A stretch of 64,000 bases of DNA, taken from positions 4,464,001 through 4,528,000 of the forward strand of contig NC_047075.1 in assembly GCF_902459465.1 (NCBI RefSeq), given 5' to 3'. The DNA comes from Asterias rubens (lineage: Eukaryota). Positions 24,901 through 36,900 of this stretch are shown piece by piece. A program made the position numbers and the translations under genes. The stretch's first letter is position 1, and each line of letters opens with the position of its first letter. The notes under the pieces are model-generated. The model was not told the origin of the DNA and did no database searches. It saw nothing but the letters and a program-made list of their open reading frames with translations.

Positions 24901-27900
24901 ACCCAAACTGGATCAACAGCGCTAACAGAAACAACGCATGAGACCCAAACTGGATCAACAGTGCTCACAGAAACAACGCATGAGACCCAAACTGGATCAA
25001 CAGTGCTCACAGAAACAACGCATGAGACCCAAACTGGATCAACAGTGCTCACAGAAACTAATGCATGAGACCCAAACTGGATCAACAGTGCTAACAGAAA
25101 CAACGCATGAGACCCAAACTGGATCAACAGCGCTAACAGAAACAACGCATGAGACCCAAACCGGATCAACAGTGCTAACAGAAACTAATGCATGAGACCC
25201 AAACTGGATCAACAGTGCTAACAGAAACAACGCATGAGACCCAAACTGGATCAACAGCGCTAACAGAAACAACGCATGAGACCCAAACCGGATCAACAGT
25301 GCTAACAGAAACTAATGCATGAGACCTACTCTGCCGTGGCACAGTCATCTATGGAGTCAGTGGCTGTAATACATGTAGTGCCTGCATTACAATCTTCAGA
25401 GTCACAGCATGTGTTCTCATTACACGTATACTCAGCCTCCTGATTTACTACCTGCTCTATCTGCCATGGGTGATCTAACAACTAGAACGGAGTAGGGTAA
25501 GGGTACAAATGTGTGCCTCATTTACACTAGTTTATTTCAAGGCAGTGGACACTATTGTAAAGTACTCAAAATAATTATTAGCATAAACCCTTACTTGGTG
25601 AAATAGGTTGATAATATAAAGCATTGTGAGAAACGGCTCCCTCTGAAAGTTTTCGAGAAGAAAGAAGTAATTTTCCACGAACTTGATATAGAATTTGGCA
25701 CTTATGAATGAGAATAAAAGAGAAGCGCCTCGTTCTGAAACGGCCGTCACCTCGGGCCTTTATCGCACACAACTGCCACAACCCTGTCGGTTTTAAACGG
25801 CCGTTTAAGAACTCACTACCAAACATTAAATAGCAAGTGTGTTTATTTTGAATTACTTGGGTCATTAAACTTACTGGATGAGCTGTTAATCTGCCTGGGG
25901 CAGCACTAGTATGATCCAATTAAGTCTACTATTTGGAAAAGCAATAACATGGGGATAACAGGCCTGTGTGAGTTTCCAAAAAAATTTGATGTCTCTTTTT
26001 AGCCTCTTTTTGAAATGGAGCATTCCCAAAATGAAACTTGGAAATTCTTTAATGGAGCTTTTTTTGTAATGCCGGCACATTCAAACGAGTCGCACTTGCC
26101 CAAGTGTGTATACAAATGTACGCCTGCAACCATGTACTTGTCCCTCTTTAGTTTATACTCTTATATAAGTTTTTGCAACAGCTCCCTTTGGTTTTGTATA
26201 CGTTTTCAAACAGTGGACGTTACCCGAACCGTGGACCCTATTGTCCCTTTTTGGTTAACTTTTTTTGCAACAGCTTCCATTGGTTTTGTACACGTTTTTC
26301 AACCGTGGACCTTACCCGAACTGTGGGCCCTATTGTCCCTGTTTTTAAAAACCTTTTTGCAACAGCTCACATTGGTTTTGTACATATTTTCCAACCGTGG
26401 ACATTGTTTGAACCATGGACTTTGTTGTCCTCTTTTTGGTAATATAGGTCCTCGGTTTGAACACATTGCGTATACCTACTCACCTCAACTCTCAAACTCA
26501 ACTGTGGTTCGACGACCGTCATCACTATGCTATCATCAACCAATAGCACAGGGGTACGGGTGTAGTCGCTGACATACGTAGCGGACATCGTGAAGGGGAC
26601 CTCAACACCCTGTACCCAGTAGGGTTCATCTTCGACACGGAAGGTCAGCAGGAGATGAATGAAATCTTGTTCGTCGGCAATGTTGTCTGCTTCGTTCACT
26701 ATGACTCCTGGTGGTAATATGGACATAACAGGTGTGAGTTGCAAAAGGTACATGTAAAGGATGTCTCTTTTTAGCTTCTATGTTTATTGGAGCATTCCCG
26801 TTACTATAACAGTAACAGCGTTTAGTAAAGTGCTTTTTACAGTGGTCGCAAAGTGCCACAACAAAGCAATTGACGACCACAGAGGAAACATAGGGAAGGT
26901 ACACGCTTGGTAATTACTCAAAACTAATATTAAATTAAAAAACTGACTTGGTAAGAGCATTGGGGAGCTGTTGACAGTTAAAAACATTGTAAAAAACGGC
27001 TCCATCTGATGTAATAATTTTTGAGAAAGGGGTAGACTTCTAGCTAGAAGTCTTTTAACCCTATCTGAAAGCACCCAAATGCGTCCAACAAGGCTGATTT
27101 TCTCTCATCATTTTCTCGCAACTTCGACGACCAATTTAGCTCAGATTTTCACAGGCTTGTTATTGTATGCAAATGTTGGGATAAACCAAGTGAGAAGACT
27201 GGTCTTTGACAATTACCAATAGTGTCCAGTGTCTTTAAACAAACGAGCGAGTTTCAAGAGTCTTTTTGAAGTGGGAAATGGATGTCACACTATCTAATGA
27301 AAGAAGGCAATGAGTTCTAGAGAGTTAGTCAACGATGTTGTCTGCTTTGTTACTGCAACTCCTGTTTGTAATAATAATAATTTAATTTAATTTTTAATTT
27401 TAAATCTTTAGACATACCATGCATACACAATAGTTACAAGTTGTACAGGGGCTGTCTAGGTTAAAACAAAAGTATAAAACTGTCATCAAAAGATGTGTAA
27501 AACCAGACCCCTGCCAACGACAAAAATATAATTATACAATATAAAAAGGAGATTACACTGAAACATTTTAGAATCACACCATAAAAATCATTAAAACACA
27601 AGAAAAACCAGACTATTGAAAACAAAAAACTAGGCCTACACCCACAACAAAACACCGCAGCGATAAGAGGAAGGGACAACAATTGAAAATAAAAAAACAT
27701 AGAATGGACTCAAAACCCTCAGAAAAATAAAAACCAAAATAAAATTGGCACAGAGTGCACCCTCACAGATTCATGCCAAACCCACTGGATAGAATAAATA
27801 TTAAAAGGTAAGAGTACCAATATTAAAAAAACAAAAATTACGGACTTGACCATCCACCATAATCATGAAATTTGCTACAAGTGTTGTATTTAATAGAGGT

Positions 27901-30900
27901 TAAATTTGCATCGGGATGAAAAATATTCATTTTGGTTATTCACATAGGATTCGAACTGCCTCTAGCCACCGGGCAATCTCGCTGGTCTAGTTGGTATGAC
28001 ACTGCTCTAGAATTACAAATGCCATGGGTTCGAATCCCACCCGATTAATATGCCAATAACAGGTGATTTTTTCACAGAACTCGGGTAAGTACTGAGTATA
28101 CAGTGCTTAACACACATCGGTGTATAATGGGTAAAAAAAACAAAATAAATTAGTGTTGTATTTTTTCCCAGTAGATTTCAAAATTATACGTGCCTGGAGT
28201 GACAGAGATTCCAGTATCCAGGAATCGGCAGTTGTTGTACTGGGATCCCGGGAAGAGTTTTCCTGTAATGTCTACTTCAGGATACACAGAAGGCGTATCA
28301 TTCCGGTTATAGATCCTCTGTGACAGCAAACACTGGGCGCTACCGGCGGTGAAATTCTGCATCACAGCCTCGATTGAGAAGTTCAGAAACTGAAGCGTGA
28401 TTTCCGGAATCCACAGCGTGGCCTTCATGCGGACGTAGTCGCCGATTGAGAAGGTCTTAGGAGGGTCTCCGAGCTCGGTGGTGAAAAAATAGCGGGTGTT
28501 GGCCGTTGTGAAGTCCAGGGAGGTGGAGATGGTTGGCGCATCGATTTGGACGGTGTCCGAGGCGGCGATCGAGGGGTAGAGTCGGCCTGGGAAGTCAACG
28601 ATACTGCTGTCATACCAGGCGATGCTGGTAGCGGTGATGAGAGAATTGGCGACAAAGTCAAGGTGGTTGCCAACTGAGAGGTTGAACATTCCCTCGAAGA
28701 CGGCACCCGGAGGATCGACAGGGAGGAGGGGTAGATGAAATCGACCGATGAAATTGTCGTAAGTGACATCGCAGAGGTCTGAGTGAGCGCAAGATGGTAC
28801 CAGTTTAGCCGCGCCTGTATTGCGTGTGAAGTTGACAGCGTCAAGCTGCAGGGTCACGTTGAAAGCAGGCGCGTCAGATTCTTCCGTGTGGGAGATCTGG
28901 AAGTCGAAGATGACCTGATCGATGCTGTCCACGATGCTTGGTTCTGGTCGACGCGTAAATGTAATCTGGAGTGACGGCTCAATGATGATCACCTCATGGG
29001 AGGCTCTGGTGATCATTTGATCGATGATAGTAGCGTTGTGGTCCCAATGATCAAGGATGAATTGAGTCTCGTTATCAGGCGGCACTAAACAGTCACAATC
29101 AAATACTTCATACGCATGATGCTCGACACAATACGAAGGGCTGACGTGATACACAACTTTATCAATATCAATACAATCACATTCGAGCTCGTATGTGAAA
29201 TTACTGGTGTTAATGTCGGTTAAGTTGACTGTTTTATTAGAGTTTGATCCATTGAGAAATGTACTATTGAACCATGAGGAGTTTGAAAGACTTGCGTTCT
29301 CAAATTGAGGAAAGCTTTTGACTTCTTGGGTGTAATTCTTTGGTTGGTACCATTCCATGATGTCTGATATATTCCATGGATCGTTGTAGATCTTGTGGCA
29401 TTTGCACATACTGTCGTCTAGAGGTAAGGTGTGCGTGTGCTCAATATTAGAGCATTGTTCATCGTCGCTTCCTATGCAGTCCTGTTCAACGTGAATGCTA
29501 CATGTGATCTCGCAAGAGCAATCGAACCCAGGTTGTGTTGTTGCGTTTGTTGAGCTATCATTATGTGTGCTGCTTGAGGTTGTTTGGACGGGTGCAACTG
29601 TACTAGTCTGGTTTCCAGCATCAGCAGCAAGATCTGTGCCGTATGAGCAGTCACTGCGATTAAACGTATGCTGGAACATTTCCTTGTCCGATGTTATCGT
29701 CCAGTTCAAACACTGCAGGAGAGTCACTTTGTTTTTAAATGACTGCTGGATTTTGGTTGTTAGACCATCAGGATCACATGAGCACGGGGTTCGCTTGACA
29801 CCTTCCACAGTTGTGTTTTCGCAGGCGCAGTTAACCGAGACTGGTACTGTGTGGTGCGTCATGGTATATGTGAGGTTAGTGCAGGTGTAGTTCCTTTGGT
29901 ACAAGACCAGACAGCTGTCCACATGGTGCTGTAGCGGCGATGTCAGACCCTGAGCCAAGAGGGTGGCATTTAAGGCGACGCAATCGCAGGAGTCAACCTC
30001 AAATTCCTCCAAGGTGGCCACATGTGGTGGATTTAAGAAGTACCTCAAGACTCCGAAACAGAAGTTGATGCAGTTACAGGAGTATCGCTTCTCGAAACCA
30101 GCGTCCTCGTTGTGAAAGTAACTGGTGCAATTGCACACGTCCTCGGTCATGTTATGCAGATGCCAGGTCTCGCATGAGCATTCCTTAGGGGTCTCCGCGT
30201 CCAGGTGGTCCTCCAAGAGCTTCTGACAGGTGCAGTTCTCGCGGAAGATGTCGCTTGGAGGAACGGGGTAACTCAGGTAGGAGAAGGCGGAGGTGGCATT
30301 GAGCAGGAGAACGTCCCCGCGGGATAGATCGGGAAGATCGAGTATAACCATGGTGACAGTTACTCTGATTGTGCTGCCACCCATTGAAAGATTGGCCGGT
30401 AGATGCTCGGATATGTAGAAGACACCTGTTGGATAGGAATATAATCTCAAAATAAACAAGTTGAAATTTGGATGAACTTTATCAACAAAAACAATTGGAA
30501 TGGAAATTTGTTGAAAGTTTACGCTGAAACAGGTACACTGTAATTTAGACTGAGCAAGTTTTGGGCGCATTGACAACATGGTTGGAACACTCATACTGAT
30601 GTAGGAAGAACATCATGCCTGCACAATCTATTATTTGTTCTATTTAAAAAAAAATGCATTTCTCTACTGTTCACAAAATAGACAATCATTTTGGTTTTTA
30701 CCCATGCCATATACACAGGTGTAAAATGCCTGTGATTTTTTCACAGTATACAGTGCTACAATGTAGGTAAAACCAAAGTTAATATTCTTTATCAAGGGTC
30801 ATGGGTTCAAATCCCAACTGAGTAATATGCCCGCTGTGATTTTTTCACAGAGTTCTGGAAAATACTGAGTATACACTGGTAACACACATCGGTGTATATG

Positions 30901-33900
30901 CATGGGTAGAACGCAAATTTATATTCTTCATCCCCGATTGGCCATGTTTCCTCAAACCTTCACATACGTACCGGGTTGGAATGGACTATGCAGATTCCCA
31001 CCGATGAAAGTACAAACACTGCCCTCTCTGGTGGACCAGATTTCAGTGTGGACTACAGAAGCCATTCCCAAAAGAAGCGTCTCTTCCTCATCACATACGT
31101 CAAGCATAGAGGGCGCTGATGTCGAATTGCTGGAGTTTGGGGATGGTGACGTCTGGAGAGGTTCGAGGTTGTCTCGGCTTCTGCACGTCAAGTATGGATC
31201 TTCCGTAGCAGTGACATTTGTGCCGTTGAAAAACACTGGGAGCAAAGTACAAAGGATCAACTTTAAATACCATGACCAAGTTATAAACCACAAGGAAAAA
31301 AAAGACTGGGGCAATTCCATGGACAGTCGCATTACACCTTGGCATTTCTTGATCTTGGTGCTAGTAGAGCTATGTGAAATATTTTGTTCTGCTAAGTTTA
31401 GATACTGATTTGTACTTGACACCCAAGGTTTTGAAGTGATGATATCAGAGATGTTGTTGGCTTTGTGCTCTGGATCTTATAACATTGTAAAAAGCGGTCA
31501 GTCACATCATGGTCACATACACAAAAAGGACGGTAAAAAATACAATTGTCACAATGCAAAAGTGTCCTCAAACTAAAAAACTTGCAAAAGTTTTAGTAAA
31601 CAACTACGGGTTATTTGTGCAAAAACTATTTGGGGTTAAAGCCATTGGAAACTTTCGAAACAGAATTTTTTTTTTTCACAGATTTACAAATAACTTACAG
31701 GGTTTACAGAAGGTAATGGTGAAAGACTTCTCTTGAAATATTATTCCATGAAATGCTTTTAAGGGGTACTTTTTGAGAAAACATTAAAACAATTATCAAT
31801 TCTCGATCGAGAATTACGGATTTATTTTAAACACATGTCATGACACGGCGAAAAGTGCGGAAACAAGAGTGGGATTTCCCGTTATTTTCTCCAACTCCGA
31901 TAACCAATTGAGCATTTAAATTTTCACAGTTTGTTATTTTATACACGAAGTGTGGGCCTTGGACAATACTGTTTACCGAAAGTGTCCAATGGCTTTAAAG
32001 AGATGAATTTACTGGAGCAGAACTTGAACCTGCAACCTCAGGATTAAAGTGCTGGTGCTCTATCAACTGAGCTACACGTATCATCGGGGTCATCCCGTGT
32101 CAATTTAACACGCTTTTGGACCTGACCCTCACGGATTTAAATGAAATTCGGTGTGCTGATTGGACTCCCTGAGAAATGCCCAAATCCCAAATTTTATGTA
32201 ATTCGGATCATTATTTTGGTAGATACGGCTTAATGAACTTTTGACTTATTAGCATGACCTGCTACATGTATGTATGTTTGGACAATCATATCTCCAAAAG
32301 TAAAATACCTACAGAGATAATTACATCATTTTGAAGCTCGCGACACGGCCCACATTTGATAACATCAAATCAAAAAAATTCCACGCACCACCGAAAAAAT
32401 ACGCAAAAATTTGACCGTTGACCTTGATTTGCGAAAATGTGTATTTTTCAAAATGCAAGTTTAAGATGTAAGCAACAATATTCTGAAATATTGTGATGAA
32501 TTGACACAGAATGACCCATAGACTGATGTTGGCGATCTCCCTATTCACAGGTTGAATGGCTTCTGACTGGCACCCCAAACAAAGCATTGACAAAATAGGA
32601 AGACCGCCAACATAGGGCTAGATAGCTCAGTTACAGATTATTCTTCCTTCGTACGGATATCAATAACCGCTCAGGATTTTCGGTAATATCTTAAAATGCT
32701 CCCATCTTTTCCAATGAAATTTTCACATTAGTTTGAATTGAGATTGAAACAACTGAACGATTCCAACTAAACAAAGGTATACTTTGCCTTTAAAGACACT
32801 GGACATATTGGTAATTGTCAAAGACCAGTCTTCTCACTTGGTGTATCTCAACATGCATAAAATAACAAACCTGTGAAAATTTGAGATCAATGGGTCGTTG
32901 AAGCTGCGAGATAATAATGAAAGAAAAAACACCCTTGACACACGAAGTTGTGTGCTTTCAGATGCTTGATTTTGAGACCTCAAAGTCGGATTCTGAGGTC
33001 TCGAAAACTATGTCACTTCAGAGAGAGCCGTTTCTAACAATGTTTTTATACTATCAACCTCTCCCTTTACTCATTACCAAGTAAGGTTTTATGCTAGTAA
33101 TTATTTTGAGTAATAACCAATAGTGTCCACTGCCTTTAAAGCCATTGGACCCTTTCGGTAAACAGTATTGTCCAAGGCCCACACTTCGTGTATCACAACT
33201 TCTATATCAAATTACAAATCTGTGAAAATTTGGGCTTAATCGGTCATCAGAGTCGGGAGAAAGTAACGGGAAACCCACCCTTGTATCCGCACGTTTCGCC
33301 GTGTCATGACATGTGTTTAAAATAAATCCGTAGTTCTCGTTAACGAGAATTGATATTGTTGTAAGTTATTTGTAAATCTGTGGATTTTTTTGTTTGTTTT
33401 CTGTATTGAAAGGGTCCAATGGCTTTAAGGACTGAGGTCTCACATACACGACTGGAAGTGGTCAGTTATTGGTTTGCATACTCACCGGTTGGTTGAGGTG
33501 CCGGGGGCGGTGGTTCATAATAAGTACAAGCACAGGTAGCATTCCAATCCATAGCACCCGTTTCATTGTACACATCCTCAGGCAGGATGCAGTGGTGAAG
33601 ACTGGCTGCCTGGCAATACACTTCTGCAAACTCCTCACAGGACAGGACTGTTGAGTATTCATCAGCTGTTTGATTGCCCGGTTGGCTCTGATTGACAGCA
33701 GTCTCATTTGCATAGGTGGGGCTTGGGGTTGTATACTCATCAGCTGTTTGATTGGCCGGTTGGCTCTGATTGACAGCATTCTCATTTGCATAGGTGGGGC
33801 TTGGGGTTGTATACTCATCAGCTGTTTGATTGGTGAGTTGGCTCTGATTGACAGCATTCTCATTTGCATAGTTAGGGTTTGGGGTTGTGTGTTCATCAGC

Positions 33901-36900
33901 TGTTTGATTGGCCGGTTGGCTCTGATTGACAGCGATCTCATTTGCATAGTTAGGGTTTGGGGTTGTGTGTTCATCAGCTGTTTGATTGGCCGGTTGGCTC
34001 TGATTGACAGTGGTCTCATTTGCATAGGTGGGGCTTGGGGCTGTATGATTGGTTGATGGGTGTTGGGTGGGTGTGGCCTGAGATTGGGTCTGGTTCCTGT
34101 CTCGACTAAAGATATGACTCCATTGAGTTGTTAAGTTAGCATCAAGGTGACACCCTTTGAGGACAGTCTTAAAGCAGATGTCGTAGGACGCATCATCATA
34201 AACACAAACCTCAGTTTGACTTGTAATATTTTCAGGTGCATAAGTGTCGTTAGTAACTGAGCAATTTGAAGTATTATTGTAACCACACTGGGTGCAGTTC
34301 ATACTAGTCCCATTACACACCGTTTGATTCCTTGTCGACCGAATCCCTCCATCAACATCGACCCCCGTGCAGTTCTCCTTTGGTATCTCCCTACAGGTTT
34401 CCAACCAATCAGGATACACCCTGTAGAACGTTCCATTACCCGATAGGGGGTTCGTCGCGCAGAAACAAGCGTCAGTGATGACAGTCTGATTGGGGAAGCA
34501 ACCCTGCCTCACAAAGGTTCCCTCGATTGGAAACGGGCGACGAGGCTGCTCCTCCCGGAGCTTCAAGACCTCCCACGTCTTCAAGGAAACCTCAAACTGC
34601 GGGAGGTGGATAGTAACGGAGAGATTACTTGGGATCGGGGGTACGGGGATCACCATGGAATACATGACCTGCTCGTTGATTGTGACCGTGTTATCCGGTG
34701 TCTGTGGATGGGACGTACCATCGAAGACGAGGGTAGCATTGCGGATGTTGATGACGTTGTCACTGACTGCCGTGTAATGGTACACACGACCCCACTGGTA
34801 GAAACTGTAGATGTGGTACTGGGAGGTGGCCAACAGGGCCATTCCTGTTAAAAACAATACAGTTTTATTTTTTACACAGGTGTTATGTGGAAGTGTCGCG
34901 GCCGAGCGGTTAATAGCACCGAATTCAAACTCTGGTGTTTCTGATCAGCAGAGTGTGGGTTCGGATCCCCAGCCGTGACACTTGTGTCCTTAAGCAAGAC
35001 ACTTAACCATTGCTTCGTCCCTTGAATGGAACGTTAAGCCGTTGGTCCCATGTGTTGTGTAACGCATGTAAAAGAACCCAGTGCACTCTGAAAAGAGAAG
35101 GGAGTTCGCCCGGTGTTCCTGGCTGTGGCTGCTGTATGCACCGTAGCACCTTGTAAACCCTTCTACATAATTTGGTCTCAGAATTCATCACTGCAATAAC
35201 CTATCTTTCTGTAGGTTTGTACTGTACATACTCAGCGCCTTGAGTACCTTGTTTGGTACGTGCGCTATACGTAAGGCTTTGATATCATTATTATTATTAT
35301 GATGTGATAGGCTGAACTATGAGGGCAAATAGCAGAGCCATGACATTGGGCCCTGTGCGCAATTTCCATAAAGCTGTTAAGCGAGAAAACACTGATTATC
35401 AAGTTTCTTTGTTATAAGCAAAAAAATGAGACGGCACCAGTTGCAACAATGTAAACTTAATTGAACTTTGGCTGGTAAGCAGTTTTGGTTAAGCAAGATA
35501 TTTCTGTGTAAGCAAGTTGATATGCTAATAGCCTTTATGAAAGTGGCCCTTAAACTTTTTTCAAAAATTTAGACACAAGGACCCAATTTCATAGAGCTGC
35601 TAAAGAAGAAAAAGAAAATGCTTAACAAAATCTGCTTAGCAAAAGTAAGCGGGATACCAGGCACAGATAGTACATGTGAGATGGTACTTTGGTTGGTGAC
35701 TTTATTCTGGTAAGCATAATTTTGTTGTGCTTAGCTATTTCTTTGTGCAATAGCAGCTCTTTGAAATTAGGCCAAGCGGTCGATTTCACAAAGACTAGTT
35801 CTACTTGTCCTACCTTAGGACTAGTCCTACCTTAGGACTAGTCCTACCTTAGGACAAGTCCTAGGAGATGATAAAAAATTAAGGCTAGTCCTAAGTTACA
35901 ATGTAGGATGAGTAACTCGTCCTAACTCGAGATAAGACTAGTCCTAACTCTTTGTGAAATCCACGCCAGGTCATTTTAACAAACCTTCCGTCAACTTGGT
36001 GGATATCTGAATTAGAAAAGTCCCTTCGAGGATCTCCCCGACAGCCATCTTAAACACATAGAGCTGGAGTTTCCCATCGGCTTCATATATCCCAAGCTCA
36101 TCAATGATCTGAGTCTTGGGTACGTGGTCGGAGAGGTTGCCAGGAACGAAGTCTTGGTAGACTGCCATATAGGGCAGATAGATCTCTATTAGGATGTGAT
36201 GGGCGGGTGTCTGGGAGGGTTCCGTGTGGGTAAGGTAAAGAGAGTACTGGAAAACGTCACCTTTAAAGACAGGAAAATAAAATGGAAATGAATGGGCGTG
36301 ATGGTCTAGCTAGCGATCAAGCTTGATCGCTAGCTACATGTAGACCAGCATGCACCTGATTCAACAGTAAGTGTTTGCGCAATGGGTATTTGCAAAAAGG
36401 TCCGTAGGAATTGATGTTGGGAACCAAAGTGCGCCCTCAAAGTTGAAGTCGTCACCGTCTTCAGGAAGAGCCACATTTGTCCAAGACATTGAAATAAAAA
36501 TGAAAATTAATGTTGGGCGGGTGTCTACCTGGGAGGGCTCTGTGCCCGATCCAAGGCAACGTGTCCCTTTCACGTAATGAGGGTACTACTGGTGGGGTTA
36601 AACTAACAAATAGTCAGACAAACAAACAGTCAGACAAACAAACAGTCAGACAAACACACAGTCAGACAAACAAACAGTCACACAAACAAACAGTCACACA
36701 CACAAACAGTCACACAAACAAACAGTCACACAAACAAACAGACTTACCAGGGTCACCAGCGAGCGTTTCATTTGTCAGGTTATACATCAGTGTCATCTCA
36801 GGCTCCCATACATGGACCGTAGCCTCCTGCGCCAGATCCTTGCCGTTAGAGTACGACAACAGTCAGACAAACAAATAGTCAGACAAACACACAGTCAGAC

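Noticed and set aside
24735-25296. Repetitive ORFs on both strands (e.g. TETTHETQTGST)
   Set aside because: By-products of a 42-bp unit with few stops, inside an intron that already joins in frame.
24760-25326. CRISPR-like regular repeats
   Set aside because: Units are contiguous with no unique spacers, there are no cas genes, and the DNA is eukaryotic. The same applies to the 84-85-bp and 121-bp arrays.
31236-31422. Hydrophobic stretch SFFSLWFITWSWYLKLILC as a transmembrane helix
   Set aside because: More likely the intron's pyrimidine-rich end before the ctcccag acceptor. The upstream acceptor near 31392 is also in phase, so it is not fully excluded.
33462-34025. 187-aa minus-strand ORF (MQMRPLSIRAN repeats)
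   Set aside because: Alternative frame of the 78-bp coding repeat.
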